This document shows positions 46,618 through 57,419 of a stretch of DNA of 64,000 nt, in pieces. This stretch comes from Chloroflexota bacterium (GTDB lineage: Bacteria > Chloroflexota > Limnocylindria > Limnocylindrales > CSP1-4). The notes below the pieces were generated by a model. The model was not told where the DNA came from and did no database searches. It was given only the letters and a program-made list of their open reading frames with translations. The DNA is taken from assembly GCA_019637815.1 (NCBI GenBank), contig JAHBUZ010000001.1, positions 151,865-215,864 on the forward strand, read 5' to 3'. Made by a program: the position numbers and the translations under genes. Every line of letters starts with the position of its first letter. Positions within the stretch are counted from its first letter, which is position 1.

Positions 46618-47043
46618 ATGCCGCTCCACCTCGAGATCGTCACACCCGAGCGCCTCGCCTACGAGGGCGAGGTCGACGGGGTGGTGTGTCCCGGCATCGA
46701 GGGCGAGCTGGGCATCCTGCCCCACCATGCCCCGCTGCTGACCACGCTCGGCGTGGGCGAGCTGCGCATCCGGACGCGTGGCCAGGAGGAGTTCTTCGCG
46801 ATCGCGGGCGGCTTCCTCCAGGTGCGCCCGGACCGCGTGGTGGTGATGGCCGAGACGGCCGACCTGGCATCCGAGATCGACCTGGAAGCCGCGGAACGCG
46901 CCCGCAAGGACGCCGAGCGGGCGATGGCCGAGGGCTTCACCGAGCCAGCGGACATGGCCCGTGCCCGCGCGGCCATGGAGCGGGCGCTGCTGCGCATCCG
47001 CGTCGCGGAACGGCGGCACCGCGAGGGCCCACGGTCCCGCTAG
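46618..47043 (+). CDS. atpC: F0F1 ATP synthase subunit epsilon
   Basis: LEIVTPER, GELGILPHHAP, GGFLQV. Confidence 0.96.
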   Translation: MPLHLEIVTPERLAYEGEVDGVVCPGIEGELGILPHHAPLLTTLGVGELRIRTRGQEEFFAIAGGFLQVRPDRVVVMAETADLASEIDLEAAERARKDAERAMAEGFTEPADMARARAAMERALLRIRVAERRHREGPRSR

Positions 47044-47067
47044 GGCGGCCCGAGCCCGGAGCCACCG

Positions 47068-48402
47068 ATGGCTGACGCCCGCCCCTTCCACTGGGAATAC
47101 CAGGCACCCCCGGTCCAGCGCGAGGCGTTCCGGGTCGAGGGTGGACGCGCGCTGCGAGGCGTGGTGCCCGTCAGCGGCAGCAAGAACGCCGCGCTCAAGA
47201 TGCTCGCCGCCGCCACCCTCACCGGGGAACGCTGCCGACTCACGAACGTGCCCCAGATCGCGGACGTGGCGGTCCTCGTGGACGTGCTCCGCGACATGGG
47301 CATCGTCGTGGACCATCCTGCGCCGAACACGTACGAGGTCGCATCCGGGGACGTCGACTGGCTGTTCGTGCCGCTCGAGGCGGCGGCCAAGATGCGCGCC
47401 AGCTTCATCCTGCTGGGGCCGCTGCTCGCCCGCTTCGGGCGGGTCATCATCAGCAACCCGGGTGGTGACCGGATCGGTCGGCGGCCCGTGAACCTCCACG
47501 TGGACGCGATGCGGGCGCTGGGCGCCGAGATCGAGTACCGCAACGGCTATTACTTCGCCCGCTCCCCCGGTCGGTTGCGCGGCGCGGACGTGGTGTTCCC
47601 CACGGTCACCGTCATGGGCACCGAGAACGCGCTCCTCGCGGCCACCCTCGCGGACGGCCACACGACCATCCGGCCCGCCGCCCAGGAGCCGGAGGTGGAT
47701 GACCTCATCGCGTTCCTCGTGTCCATGGGCGCGGAGGTGGCGCGGACCGCTCCGGATGTCATCGAGGTGGAGGGGCGTCGTCGGCTGCGGGGCGCCGACC
47801 ACCACGTGATGGCCGATCGCATCGAGGCCGGCACGTTCGTCATCGCGGCCGCCGTGACGGGTGGCGAGGTGACCCTGACGGGTGCGCCCCGGGAGCACCT
47901 GGGTGCGTTCCTGGACGTCGTCACGGACGTCGGCGTGGAGGTCACCGAGGAGGGCGACCACCTGACCGTGCGGCCGGACCCGCGTGGCTTCCGGGCCGTG
48001 GACATCACGACCGCGCCGTATCCCGGTCTGGCCACGGACCTCCAGTCGCCCACGGCCGTGCTGCTGACCCAGGCCCAGGGCACCAGCCACATCCACGAGA
48101 CGATCTTCGAGGATCGCCTGGAGTGGATGGAGGAGCTGCGCCGGATGGGCGCCTCGGTGGACATCCCCGACACCCACCATGCCTATCTCCACGGCCCCGC
48201 CCGGCTCCATGGCGCGGAGGTGGAGATGAGCGACCTGCGCGCGGGTGCCTCCCTGATGCTCGCGGCGCTCGCCGCCGAGGGCACCAGCCTCATCCACGGC
48301 GCACACCAGGTCCGCCGGGGGTATGAGAACATCGAGACCAAGTTCCTGGACCTCGGCGCGAGCATCGAGGTCGTCTCCGAAGGATCGCCCGTCCCCTCAT
48401 GA
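47068..48402 (+). CDS. murA: UDP-N-acetylglucosamine 1-carboxyvinyltransferase (Asp at the catalytic Cys position)
   Basis: [44 protein letters not shown]. Confidence 0.93.
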   Translation: MADARPFHWEYQAPPVQREAFRVEGGRALRGVVPVSGSKNAALKMLAAATLTGERCRLTNVPQIADVAVLVDVLRDMGIVVDHPAPNTYEVASGDVDWLFVPLEAAAKMRASFILLGPLLARFGRVIISNPGGDRIGRRPVNLHVDAMRALGAEIEYRNGYYFARSPGRLRGADVVFPTVTVMGTENALLAATLADGHTTIRPAAQEPEVDDLIAFLVSMGAEVARTAPDVIEVEGRRRLRGADHHVMADRIEAGTFVIAAAVTGGEVTLTGAPREHLGAFLDVVTDVGVEVTEEGDHLTVRPDPRGFRAVDITTAPYPGLATDLQSPTAVLLTQAQGTSHIHETIFEDRLEWMEELRRMGASVDIPDTHHAYLHGPARLHGAEVEMSDLRAGASLMLAALAAEGTSLIHGAHQVRRGYENIETKFLDLGASIEVVSEGSPVPS

Positions 48403-48421
48403 ATCCCGTTTCCCTCGCGCC

Positions 48422-49411
48422 GTGAAGATCGGCATCGACCTCGGTACTGCCAACGTCCTCGTCTACGTCAAGGGCAAGGGCGTCGTCATCCGTGAGCCGT
48501 CCGTGGTGGCGGTGAGCGAGGACAACATGATCGTGGCCGTGGGCGAGGACGCCCGCGAGATGATCGGCCGGACACCCGGCAACATCACCGCGATCCGGCC
48601 CATGAAGGACGGCGTCATCGCGGACTACGTCATCACGGAAGCGATGCTGCGCTACTTCATCCGCAAGGCGGGTCGCTCGTTCACGCGCCCGGACGTGATG
48701 ATCAGCGTCCCCTCGGGCGTGACGAGCGTCGAGAAGCGGGCCGTCCGGGACGCGGCGCTCAAGGCAGGGGCCCGGGAGGCGTATCTCATCGAGGAGCCCC
48801 TGGCAGCAGCGATCGGGGCCAACGTGCCCATCGCCGGACCGTCGGGCAACCTCATCATCGACATCGGCGGCGGCACCAGCGAGATCGCGGTCATCGCGCT
48901 CGGCGGCATCGTCGTCAGCCGGTCGGTGCGGGTCGGTGGCAACCGCTTCGACGAGACCATCGCGAGCTATATCCGCCGCAAGTACAACCTGATGGTCGGT
49001 GAGCGGACGGCGGAGGAGGTCAAGATCGCCATCGGCACCGCGCTGCCACTCGATCGCGAGCTGCACATGGAGGTGCGTGGCCGGGACCTCATCGCGGGCC
49101 TGCCGCGGACCATCCCGCTCACCAGCTCGGAGGTCATGGAGGCGCTCGAGCAGCCGCTCCAACAGGTCGTCGCGTCGGTCCGCCAGGTGCTGGAGGAGAC
49201 GCCCCCGGAGCTGTCCAGCGACATCATCGACAAGGGCATGGTCATGTCCGGTGGTGGTGCCCTGCTGCGCAACATCGACAAGCTGCTGACCCAGGTGACG
49301 GGCGTGCCCTGTCACGTCGCAGAGAACGCCCTCAACTGCGTTGCGCTGGGGACGGGTCTCGCGCTCGAGCACTTCGACTTCTTCCGCAAGTCGCTGGTCC
49401 AGCGGGTCTGA
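48422..49411 (+). CDS. mreB: Actin-like rod shape protein MreB/Mbl
   Basis: [42 protein letters not shown] start at 48422. Confidence 0.95.
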   Translation: MKIGIDLGTANVLVYVKGKGVVIREPSVVAVSEDNMIVAVGEDAREMIGRTPGNITAIRPMKDGVIADYVITEAMLRYFIRKAGRSFTRPDVMISVPSGVTSVEKRAVRDAALKAGAREAYLIEEPLAAAIGANVPIAGPSGNLIIDIGGGTSEIAVIALGGIVVSRSVRVGGNRFDETIASYIRRKYNLMVGERTAEEVKIAIGTALPLDRELHMEVRGRDLIAGLPRTIPLTSSEVMEALEQPLQQVVASVRQVLEETPPELSSDIIDKGMVMSGGGALLRNIDKLLTQVTGVPCHVAENALNCVALGTGLALEHFDFFRKSLVQRV

Positions 49412-49418
49412 CGCGGCC

Positions 49419-50189
49419 ATGACCGGGTCGTCGATCCCGTCGGCATCGATCCCGTCGACGGCCGGCCGGTCGTTCCTCGACCTGCACTGCCACAGCTCGG
49501 CGTCGTTCGACTCGCTGGCCTCGCCGCAGTCGCTCATCGCCAAGGCCCGACGGATCGGTCTCACGCACCTCGCCATCACGGACCACGAACGCGTGGACGT
49601 GGCGCTCCGAGCGCGGGACCTCGCGCCCGCGGACCTCGTGGTCATCGTGGGCGAGGAGGTGCGCAGCGCCGATGGCGACCTCATCGGCCTGTTCCTCGAG
49701 CGTGCCGTGCCACCCGGTCTGTCCGCGGCGGAGACGGCCGCTGCCATCCACGAGCAGGGGGGCATCGTGGGGCTGCCCCACCCGTTCGACCGGTTCCGCT
49801 CCTCGGGTGGCAGCAAGGCCGCGGAGCAGGAGCGCGCCCTGGCGGCGCTCGCGGCGGCCGTGGACTACGTGGAGGTCCACAACGCACGTGCCTATCGCGA
49901 TGCCAACCCCCGGGCAGCCGCGTTCGCGCAGGCACATGGCCTGCCGGGCACGGCGTCCTCCGACGCCCACAGCGTCATGGAGCTGGGTGTCGCGTCCACG
50001 GTCGTGCCCGCCGACGTGACCGACGGCGCCAGCCTGCTCGCCGCGCTCGCCGACGCACGCCTGATGACGAGTCGTGCCTCGTACCTGGTGCGCGGCTGGA
50101 CCCCCGTGGCCAAGGTCATCCAGCGCGTCCGGGGCAACCGCCGTATCGTGCCCGGGATGTCCATGACCACGACCGCGGTCGACGCGTGA
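49419..50189 (+). CDS. PHP-domain metallophosphoesterase
   Basis: DLHCHS, AITDHE, GEEV, PHP, SSDAH. Confidence 0.88.
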   Translation: MTGSSIPSASIPSTAGRSFLDLHCHSSASFDSLASPQSLIAKARRIGLTHLAITDHERVDVALRARDLAPADLVVIVGEEVRSADGDLIGLFLERAVPPGLSAAETAAAIHEQGGIVGLPHPFDRFRSSGGSKAAEQERALAALAAAVDYVEVHNARAYRDANPRAAAFAQAHGLPGTASSDAHSVMELGVASTVVPADVTDGASLLAALADARLMTSRASYLVRGWTPVAKVIQRVRGNRRIVPGMSMTTTAVDA

Positions 50190-51409
50190 CCGAGCCGCGC
50201 GATCCCGCCACCGGGGACGACGCGAGCCCCTCCGGTGGCCTCCCGGCGGATGAGCCCTCGGTGGCCCGGCCCGCGTCCGGGCGACCGGTCGTCCACGCGG
50301 ATCTCGCCGGGATCCCGGCGGAGGAGATCGCGGAGGCGGAGCGGCTGGACCTGCCGGGCGTCAACGAGGACGTCGAGCAGGGCGCCGTGCCACTGTCGAG
50401 CCGGCTGCGGTCGCCGCGCACGATCATCTCGATCGTGGTGCCCATCGTGGTCGTGGTGCTCATCCTCACGGCACTGCCCGGGTTCAAGCTCGACCAGCTC
50501 GCCACGTACGTCTCCGAGGCGAACCCCTGGTGGCTGCTCGCCGCCCTCGGCATCTACTACCTGGGCTTCCCGCTCCGCGGCTACCGCTGGGCGCTCCTGG
50601 TGCGGGGTGCGGGCTATCCCCTCCGGGTCCGCGACTCGACCGAGATCATCCTCATCAGCTGGCTCGTCAACTGCCTGGTGCCCGCCAAGCTGGGTGACGT
50701 GTACCGCGCCTACCTGCTGCGCATCAACACCGGCGTGTCGCTGTCCAAGACGTTCGGGACGGTGTTCATCGAGCGCATGTTCGACCTCATCGCGATCGCG
50801 ACGCTCGGTCTGGCGGCGGGCTTCTGGAGCTTCCGGGACGGCATGTCGCCGGAGGTGCGCGTCATCTTCGGGTTCGGCCTGATCGTGCTCGTCGTCCTGG
50901 TCGTCGGTCTCGTGCTCGTCCGCAACTTCGGCCGACGCATCCTGGTCCGGCTGCCCATCCCGCATCGGGTCGTGGAGATGTACGACATGTTCGAGGAGGG
51001 CATGTTCGCCATCGACCGACGGACGGTGGTCGTGGTCGGGCTCACGACCGGGCTCATCTGGACGACCGAGGCGTTGCGTCTCCTGTTCGTGGTCGAGTCC
51101 ATGCCGTTCGATGTCCAGATCGGCATCAGCGGTGCGTTCTTCATCGCGCTCATCGCGTCGCTCCTGACGGCGGTGCCGTTCACACCCGCCGGTCTCGGCC
51201 TCGCGGACGGTGCCATGGTGTTCGTGCTGACCGCGGTCTACGACGTCCCCCAGACGGAGGCCGTGGCGATCACCCTCGTCGATCGGGCCATCAGCGTCCT
51301 GTCGGTGATCGTGGTGGGCGGTATCGCGTACGTCCTGTCCTCGAAGACGCGCGGCGACCCGGAGATCACCTCGGGACGCGGCCTCCCGGCGGACGTGACG
51401 AGCAGCTGA
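50186..51409 (+). CDS. Lysylphosphatidylglycerol-synthase TM region / flippase-like protein (UPF0104)
   Basis: RGYRW, NCLVPAKLGDVYR, ERMFDL, PFTPAGLG, DRAIS. Confidence 0.85.
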   Translation: MTEPRDPATGDDASPSGGLPADEPSVARPASGRPVVHADLAGIPAEEIAEAERLDLPGVNEDVEQGAVPLSSRLRSPRTIISIVVPIVVVVLILTALPGFKLDQLATYVSEANPWWLLAALGIYYLGFPLRGYRWALLVRGAGYPLRVRDSTEIILISWLVNCLVPAKLGDVYRAYLLRINTGVSLSKTFGTVFIERMFDLIAIATLGLAAGFWSFRDGMSPEVRVIFGFGLIVLVVLVVGLVLVRNFGRRILVRLPIPHRVVEMYDMFEEGMFAIDRRTVVVVGLTTGLIWTTEALRLLFVVESMPFDVQIGISGAFFIALIASLLTAVPFTPAGLGLADGAMVFVLTAVYDVPQTEAVAITLVDRAISVLSVIVVGGIAYVLSSKTRGDPEITSGRGLPADVTSS

Positions 51410-51501
51410 CGGCCGACACACGACGACCGGCCCTGGTCAGGCCGGCCGTCCGGGGTGTCACGTCGACGCGGGCGCCCGCAGGCGCCAGAGGATGGGGTCG
51501 G

Positions 51502-51915
51502 TCAGTTGCCCTTGGGCATCGCCACCGGGCGGACCGAGGCGCCCTGCCCCGGCTGACGGACCGCGAGTCGACGCATCCGCAGCGCGAGGTAGTACTCCAT
51601 CACCTGCCGCACCTGGGGTTCGTTCAGCATGTCGTCCGCGCGCAGCGCGTACTCGACCCGCGCGGTCGGATGGCTCGTACCCGCCGCCATGACCCCGAAG
51701 TAGCCGGGCGTATCGCTCTCGTCGCGCAGCTCCCGCAGGCCACGGGCGAGCTTCGTCGCCGTGCCCAGCGACGGCGTGCGGTCCCCGCGCACCAGGCGCG
51801 AGATCGTGGAGTGATCCACTCCGGACTGCTGAGCGAGCTGACGCTGGGACATCTTCTTCGCCTTCAGCTGGGCGCGGAGCCACTCGTTGAAGGCGCGACC
51901 ATTCTGGACGCTCAT
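51502..51915 (-). CDS. XRE-family helix-turn-helix regulator
   Basis: MSQRQLAQQSGVDHSTISRLVRGDRTPSL. GGGAG SD before ATG 51915. Confidence 0.88.
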   Translation of the reverse strand: MSVQNGRAFNEWLRAQLKAKKMSQRQLAQQSGVDHSTISRLVRGDRTPSLGTATKLARGLRELRDESDTPGYFGVMAAGTSHPTARVEYALRADDMLNEPQVRQVMEYYLALRMRRLAVRQPGQGASVRPVAMPKGN

Positions 51916-52023
51916 GGTTCTCCCGACTGACACGGATCTGCGACGGAGGGGCACTCGTCCGCCGTCTGCGCCCGTGCTCGGCGGGTCGACGGCTGCACCA
52001 TCATCCGGGCGACGCGTGGTGCC

Positions 52024-52045
52024 CGATATGGGTGAGAGGTACCAG
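52024..52045 (-). promoter_or_regulatory. Shared upstream motif CTGGTACC-N5-CCCATATCG (copy upstream of XRE gene)
   Basis: The same 8+5+9 pattern recurs at 62540-62561, and the CCCATATCG core recurs at 62930-62938. Confidence 0.5.
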
Positions 52046-52091
52046 TCCGCCCCGTTCCACCGGTGCAGCGGATGGGTCGGCTCCGGTGTGG

Positions 52092-53099
52092 TCAGGGGTC
52101 GTGTGGTGGGCAGATGGTCCTGTGCGCGCGCGCACCACCCGGGTCGTAGCGTGGCGCAGGCTCATCGACCACGTCCGCGTCCTGTCCGGTGAGCAGCCCG
52201 CGGGCTCGCGCGAGATCCACCACCCCCCAGTCCGTGTCCACCGCCGGCGTCTCGAGCACGATGGGCACATCCGGCAGGCGTGGATGCCGGAGCAGATGCC
52301 CGAGGGCCGCGCGACCGATGGCGCCGTCCCCGATGTGCTGGTGACGGTCGGTCCGGGAGCCCAGGGGGGATGCGGAGTCATTCAGGTGGAGGAGCAGCAG
52401 GCGGTGCCGTCCGACACGGGTCTCGACCTCGGTGAGGAGCGTCTCGACCACCGCCGGGTCATCGAGCGCGACCCCGGCACCCCAGAGGTGGGCCGTGTCG
52501 AGACAGATGCCGACGCGGTCAGGGTCCGCCCCGTGTCGCTCCGCGGCCGCCAGGATGTCCGCCAGCTCGGCGATGGTCACGCCGACCGCATCACCCTGCC
52601 CGGCGGAGTCCTCGAGCGCGAGACGCGGCGCGTCAGGCCGGACCGACAGGCCGTCGAGGATGCGCGCGACCGACTCCCCGGCCCGCTCGATGCCCAGCTC
52701 CTGGCCCGCTCCCTTGTGGGATCCGACATGGACCGTCACGACCCGTGCCCCGAACGCCTCCGCCGCGACCATCTCCCGCTGCATCCGCTCCACGGCGCGC
52801 GCCCGGGACGCCCCATCCGGCCCGGCCAGGTTGACGAGGTAGGAGGCATGGACCACGAGCGTGACGTCAGATCGCTCGAGGTCCGTGCGCAAGGCGTCGA
52901 GGTCGGCGTGCGGTTCCGCCCGGGGCGCCCACCCGCGCGGGTCATCGGTGAACACCTGGACGACGCCACTGCCCAGCTCCCGGGCGCGTGCCGAGACGGC
53001 CGCCAGTCCGTGCCGGATGGGCAGGTGTGCGCCGATCCGTCGGCCGCCGAGGACAGCGTGCGCCGCCGCCGCGTCCGGCGCGGGATCCGCGGTGCTCAC
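52092..53099 (-). CDS. nfo: Endonuclease IV (AP endonuclease 2 family)
   Basis: GAHL, HASYLVNL, HVGS, LEDSAGQG, CLDTAH, HLNDS, DRHQHIG, LETP. Confidence 0.9.
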   Translation of the reverse strand: MSTADPAPDAAAAHAVLGGRRIGAHLPIRHGLAAVSARARELGSGVVQVFTDDPRGWAPRAEPHADLDALRTDLERSDVTLVVHASYLVNLAGPDGASRARAVERMQREMVAAEAFGARVVTVHVGSHKGAGQELGIERAGESVARILDGLSVRPDAPRLALEDSAGQGDAVGVTIAELADILAAAERHGADPDRVGICLDTAHLWGAGVALDDPAVVETLLTEVETRVGRHRLLLLHLNDSASPLGSRTDRHQHIGDGAIGRAALGHLLRHPRLPDVPIVLETPAVDTDWGVVDLARARGLLTGQDADVVDEPAPRYDPGGARAHRTICPPHDP

Positions 53100-53136
53100 G
53101 ACCCGTCCTTGACAGCGCGCGTCATGACTGCGGACG

Positions 53137-53526
53137 ATGGGATCCATGGACGACCATCATGCCCGGTCCGGGCCGGACATCGACCCCGGTCATCGCTTCT
53201 CCTATGCCGACAAGGTCCTGTACGCGTTCGTCCGTGACGGACGGCTGGTGTCCATCCCCGCCCAGCAGCGCAAGCGCCGTGTCGTGCTCCGCTGGCTGGC
53301 GTCGACCGACTTCCAGGACGGCGAGGAGGTCCCCGAGCGGGATGTCGACGTGCGACTCGCGTCGCGTCACGCGGACGTGGCGTCGCTGCGTCGCTATCTC
53401 GTCGAGGAGCACTACCTCGCGCGCGCCGGTGGCATCTATCGACGACGACCCGTGGCCGACTGGCCCCGGGACCCCGCGGATGTCGCTGTGACGCCGGCTC
53501 AGGACGACCGCAGCCCCGACGAGTAG
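53137..53526 (+). CDS. DUF2087 domain protein
   Basis: IPAQQRKRRVVL, ERDVD, DVASLRRYLVEEHYLAR. Confidence 0.8.
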   Translation: MGSMDDHHARSGPDIDPGHRFSYADKVLYAFVRDGRLVSIPAQQRKRRVVLRWLASTDFQDGEEVPERDVDVRLASRHADVASLRRYLVEEHYLARAGGIYRRRPVADWPRDPADVAVTPAQDDRSPDE

Positions 53527-54092
53527 GAGCCACCGACGGTCGGCTCGATGAGCCCGTAGTCGCCGTCCCGCCGCCGATACAGCACCGCCGTCCGCTCGCT
53601 CTCCGCGTTCACGAACACGAAGAAGTCGTGGCCCAGCTCCTCCATCCGCGTGACAGCGTCCTCCTCGAACATCGGCTCGATGGCGAACCGCTTGACCTTG
53701 ACGATGCGCGGCGCATCATCACGCGTGGATGCCGGCGCCTGGCCGTCCACGCCCGATCGCTCGCCTGCGGCGGACTCGGGTCGATGCTCCTGCGGTCGTG
53801 CCGCCCGCTCCTTGAGGTCCACCACCTGGCGCTCCAGCCGGTCGATGACCAGGTCGGCGGCGCCCCGATGGTTGGCCGCACGCGCCACCGCCCGGACCGG
53901 CTTGCCGTCCACGAGCAGCGTCACCTCCACGATCGCCGCCTCCGCCGGTGACCGATGCGCCGCCCGTGACAGCTCCACGGACGCGTCGCTGCGGTCATCG
54001 AGGAGCCGCTCCAGGCGACCCATCTTGCGCAGCACGTAGGCTCGGTCCTCCTCGGGGACGTCGAGGTTGCGGGCGGTCACGACGGTTCGCAT
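53499..54092 (-). CDS. hpf: Long ribosome hibernation promoting factor
   Basis: N-terminal HPF domain, and C-terminal EPMFEEDAVTRMEELGHDFFVF..VLYRRRDGDYGLIEP. GAGGAGGT SD; downstream of comF. Confidence 0.93.
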   Translation of the reverse strand: MRTVVTARNLDVPEEDRAYVLRKMGRLERLLDDRSDASVELSRAAHRSPAEAAIVEVTLLVDGKPVRAVARAANHRGAADLVIDRLERQVVDLKERAARPQEHRPESAAGERSGVDGQAPASTRDDAPRIVKVKRFAIEPMFEEDAVTRMEELGHDFFVFVNAESERTAVLYRRRDGDYGLIEPTVGGSYSSGLRSS

Positions 54093-54176
54093 GGCAGATA
54101 CCTCCTCGTCCGATCCTACCCCGCGCCGGGTCGTCCGGCATACGGGTCCAACAGGCGGTCCAGACCGTGCCGAAGG

Positions 54177-54836
54177 TCATCGTTCGCGAGCCACGGTGAG
54201 CGCGGACACCGCGAGGACACCCGTCGCGTGAAGGGCGGCAGCGCACTCCGCGAGCGTCGCCCCGGTCGTGGTCACGTCATCGATGAGCACCACCCAGCGA
54301 CCGCGCACCGCCGTCGCGGACCGTGGCTCCACGCCAAAGGCACCTCCCAGGTTGGCGGCACGTGACGCGCGGCCGAGCCCGTGCTGCGCGGTCGTGCGAT
54401 GGACCCGCACGAGCGCCGTGTGCATCGGCAGCCCGCTGACGCGACCACAGGCACGCGCGAGGTCCTCCGCCTGGTCGAATCCGCGCTCCCGGCGCCGTGA
54501 GGGATGGACCGGCACCGGCACCAGGAGGTCACCACCCCGGCCGGCACGCGCCCAGCGCGCGGCGAGCGCCGCGCCCAGCGGGCCGGCGAGCCGACGCTCC
54601 CCGCGGTACTTGAGGGCGTGCACGGCGTCACGTACCGGACCCGTGAACGAGGCGCACCACTCGAGCTGCACGATGCCCGGGGGCAGCGGCTCCAGCAGGC
54701 CGACCGGCACCCCCGGCGGCTCGTCCCGGCGCCGCCCGAGCGGTACCAGGCAGCGCTCGCACAGGGGCGCACCCTCCGTGCCGCATCCGGCGCAGGTGGG
54801 GGGCAGCAGCAGGTCGAGCGCGCGACGCATGTCCAC
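54177..54836 (-). CDS. comF: ComF family protein (Zn-ribbon + PRTase-like)
   Basis: CAGC..CERC, LKY, VPVP, ERGFDQ, LIDDVTTTGATL. Confidence 0.92.
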   Translation of the reverse strand: MDMRRALDLLLPPTCAGCGTEGAPLCERCLVPLGRRRDEPPGVPVGLLEPLPPGIVQLEWCASFTGPVRDAVHALKYRGERRLAGPLGAALAARWARAGRGGDLLVPVPVHPSRRRERGFDQAEDLARACGRVSGLPMHTALVRVHRTTAQHGLGRASRAANLGGAFGVEPRSATAVRGRWVVLIDDVTTTGATLAECAAALHATGVLAVSALTVARER

Positions 54837-54880
54837 ATCCTGATCCGCGTCTCGTACCGCGCCGTTATCATCCCGGCGCG

Positions 54881-56038
54881 ATGCCCGATCACGAACCGCT
54901 CGCTGATCCCGCCGCCTCGGCCGATCGCGAGCGTCGCGACCGGCTCATCCTGTTCACCGCGTTCGTGCTCGCGGTCCTGGGTGGCCTCCTGCTCGTCCTC
55001 GCGCTCGCCCGGTATCGAGGCTCCGTGGGATGGGGCTACGACCTCGAGGCGTATCTCGATGCCGCCCGGCGCTTCGCGCGGGGCGAGAACATGTACAGCC
55101 TGGACACCCTGTCGGGTCCGTTCCGGCCGGGGCCCTACAAGCTGTATCTCTACTCGCCACCGTTCGCGGTGACCATGGTGCCGTTCACGTGGCTGAGCAT
55201 CGATACCACGATCCTGCTGTGGTACCTCGGGCGTGTCGCGCTGCTGGTCGTCGCGTGCGCCGTGCTGCCGGTCCGCCGGACGATCCGGTGTCTGGCGTTC
55301 GTGGTCGCTGCCCTCGCGTACCCGGTCCACATCGACCTCAACCTGGGCAACGTGAGCGTGCTGGTGACCTGTGCCGGGGCGTTCCTGTGGCGCTGGCTGG
55401 ACCGACCCGTGGGTGCGATCGTGCTGGCGCTCGTCATGACCATCCGGCCCGTCATGGGCCTCGTGCTCATCTGGAGCCTGCTCCGGCGGCAGTGGCGGTT
55501 CGTGGCGTGGACCATCGCCGCGGGTCTGGTCATCATCGTGCTGTCACTGCCCGCGGTGGGCGTCCAGGGCTACCTCGACTTCGCCACGGTGCTCCGCAAC
55601 GCGACCGGTGTCACCGGCCAGGACAACAACCTCGACCTCGGCTCCACCATCGCGCGCCTGGGCTGGGGACCGCTGCCGGCTGCGCTCGCGCTCTATGGCG
55701 GGTTCCTGCTGGGCATCGTGGCGATGCTCGCGAGCCTCCGGTACGACCGCGAGACCGGGCTCATGGTGACCATCGGCGCGACGTTGCTGGTCTCACCGCT
55801 GCTCTGGGACCACTACCTCGCGCTGAGCATCCTGCCCGCCGCGTTCCTCGCACAGCGGGGTCGACGCTGGGGCCTGCTGCTGCCGCTGCTCGTGTGGCTG
55901 CCGCCCATCACCACGCCGCTCGTGGCGATCGCCGCGATGCTGCTGCCGTTCCTGGTGGCACGCCGCCGGCCCGGGGGCGCGGCGGTGACCACGGGATCCG
56001 GGGCGGACGTGCCCGCCATGGGCCTGCCGGCCGCCTGA
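54881..56038 (+). CDS. Glycosyltransferase family 87 (GT-C fold) membrane protein
   Basis: YDLEAY, YLYSPPF, LNLGN, WDHY, multi-TM. ATG lies 9 nt after TATCAT (54866-54871). Confidence 0.8.
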   Translation: MPDHEPLADPAASADRERRDRLILFTAFVLAVLGGLLLVLALARYRGSVGWGYDLEAYLDAARRFARGENMYSLDTLSGPFRPGPYKLYLYSPPFAVTMVPFTWLSIDTTILLWYLGRVALLVVACAVLPVRRTIRCLAFVVAALAYPVHIDLNLGNVSVLVTCAGAFLWRWLDRPVGAIVLALVMTIRPVMGLVLIWSLLRRQWRFVAWTIAAGLVIIVLSLPAVGVQGYLDFATVLRNATGVTGQDNNLDLGSTIARLGWGPLPAALALYGGFLLGIVAMLASLRYDRETGLMVTIGATLLVSPLLWDHYLALSILPAAFLAQRGRRWGLLLPLLVWLPPITTPLVAIAAMLLPFLVARRRPGGAAVTTGSGADVPAMGLPAA

Positions 56039-56063
56039 CCGCGCACGCGGAGCTCCGCCCGGG

Positions 56064-56492
56064 TCAGCCCTCGGTCGTCGGTGCTCCCGCTGGATCGAGG
56101 TGGACGCTGTCGCCCACGGCGACACCGGCGCGAGCGCACGTGCCCGCCGGCAGCTCGACCACCGCGGCCGCACCCCGCACATACCACACGACACCCGTCC
56201 AGGGCCGCAGGTCCTGCCGGATCGCGACCACCCGCTGGTGGCCGGTGGCATCGGGTGCGCCCAGGAACAGGGCATCGATGGGGAAGCGCATGAACAGCAT
56301 GTGGATGCTGTTCGTGGCGAGCACGAGGCCCTCGTCCGGTGCGAGACCGGGGTGGCCCATGAGCCCCCGGAAGCGGCCCCAGAAGCCCGCCGCGGATCGC
56401 ACGCGGTCGGCGATCGGGGCGCCGACTGCGGTCCGCAGCGTGAACATCGTGCCGGCCATGGCGCGATCGGCCACGAGGCGGCTCGTCGTCAC
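56064..56492 (-). CDS. DUF192 (UPF0127) protein
   Basis: RFRGLMG, SIHMLFMRFPIDALFL, VVELPAG. GTGA overlap with tadC. Confidence 0.85.
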   Translation of the reverse strand: MTTSRLVADRAMAGTMFTLRTAVGAPIADRVRSAAGFWGRFRGLMGHPGLAPDEGLVLATNSIHMLFMRFPIDALFLGAPDATGHQRVVAIRQDLRPWTGVVWYVRGAAAVVELPAGTCARAGVAVGDSVHLDPAGAPTTEG

Positions 56493-57415
56493 GTGCGTCC
56501 GCCGAGCTGGATCATGATGTTGATGATCGCCGGGCCCAGGATGACGATGAAGATCGACGGGAAGATGCAGCCCACGAGCGGGAACAGCATCTTGATGGGC
56601 GCCTTGGCGGCCATCTCCTCGGCTCGCTGGCGACGCTCGATGCGCAGCTGCTCCGACTGGATCTGGAGCACCTTGCTGATGGACACACCCAGGGTCTCCG
56701 CCTGGATGACCGCGCCGATGAAGCTCGTGAGGGCCTGGACGTTGGTCCGGTTCACGATGTCCTTGAGCGCGTCCTTGCGGGCCTTGCCCACGCGGATCTC
56801 GGCGAGCGCTCGCTGGAACTCGTCGGGCAGCGGGCCCTGCATCTTCTCGGTGACCTTGCCCAGCGCCGCGTCGAAGCCAAGACCCGCGCGGACGGAGATG
56901 GTGAGCAGGTCGAGGGCATCGGGGATCTCCAGGAGGATGCGCTTCTGGCGTGCCCGGATGCGCCGGGTCAGCCAGTACTCGGGTGCGATGAAGCCGATGC
57001 CCGTGCCCGCGAGCGCGAGGAGCATGCCCATGCCGAGGTTGCGGCCGAGCACGCCCACCAGCAGGAACAGGATGCCTGCCACGACGCCCGCGACGACCAC
57101 CTTGAGCCCCAGGAAGTCGACGCTCCGCATCTGATACGGGTTGCCGGCCGTGGCGAGTCGTCGCTCGGTGCCCAGGACCTTCTTCGTGCCGGTGAGCTTG
57201 CGACCGACGCCGGAGAGCTTGAGGGCGATGGGCCGGACGGTGCGGTCGAAGAACGGCTGCTGGAGCTCCAGCTCCTCGAGCGTCTTGGCCTGCATCGCAC
57301 CCAGCTGGGTGAGACGCGCCTGGACCGGGTCGGCGCCCCGCTGCCAGACGAGCGAGAACACCACGAGCAGGACGCCGAGGCCGGCCACGGCGGCGAGGAT
57401 GATGGTCGGGTTCAT
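56489..57415 (-). CDS. tadC: Tad pilus assembly membrane protein TadC
   Basis: IPDALDLLTISVRAGLGFD, QAETLGVSI, RRQRAEEMAAKAPIKMLFPL. Confidence 0.9.
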   Translation of the reverse strand: MNPTIILAAVAGLGVLLVVFSLVWQRGADPVQARLTQLGAMQAKTLEELELQQPFFDRTVRPIALKLSGVGRKLTGTKKVLGTERRLATAGNPYQMRSVDFLGLKVVVAGVVAGILFLLVGVLGRNLGMGMLLALAGTGIGFIAPEYWLTRRIRARQKRILLEIPDALDLLTISVRAGLGFDAALGKVTEKMQGPLPDEFQRALAEIRVGKARKDALKDIVNRTNVQALTSFIGAVIQAETLGVSISKVLQIQSEQLRIERRQRAEEMAAKAPIKMLFPLVGCIFPSIFIVILGPAIINIMIQLGGRT

Positions 57416-57419
57416 GGCC

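Noticed and set aside
54093-54176. raiA-motif RNA upstream of hpf
   Set aside because: The gap is only ~85 nt and is filled by a TAGGAT promoter and SD.
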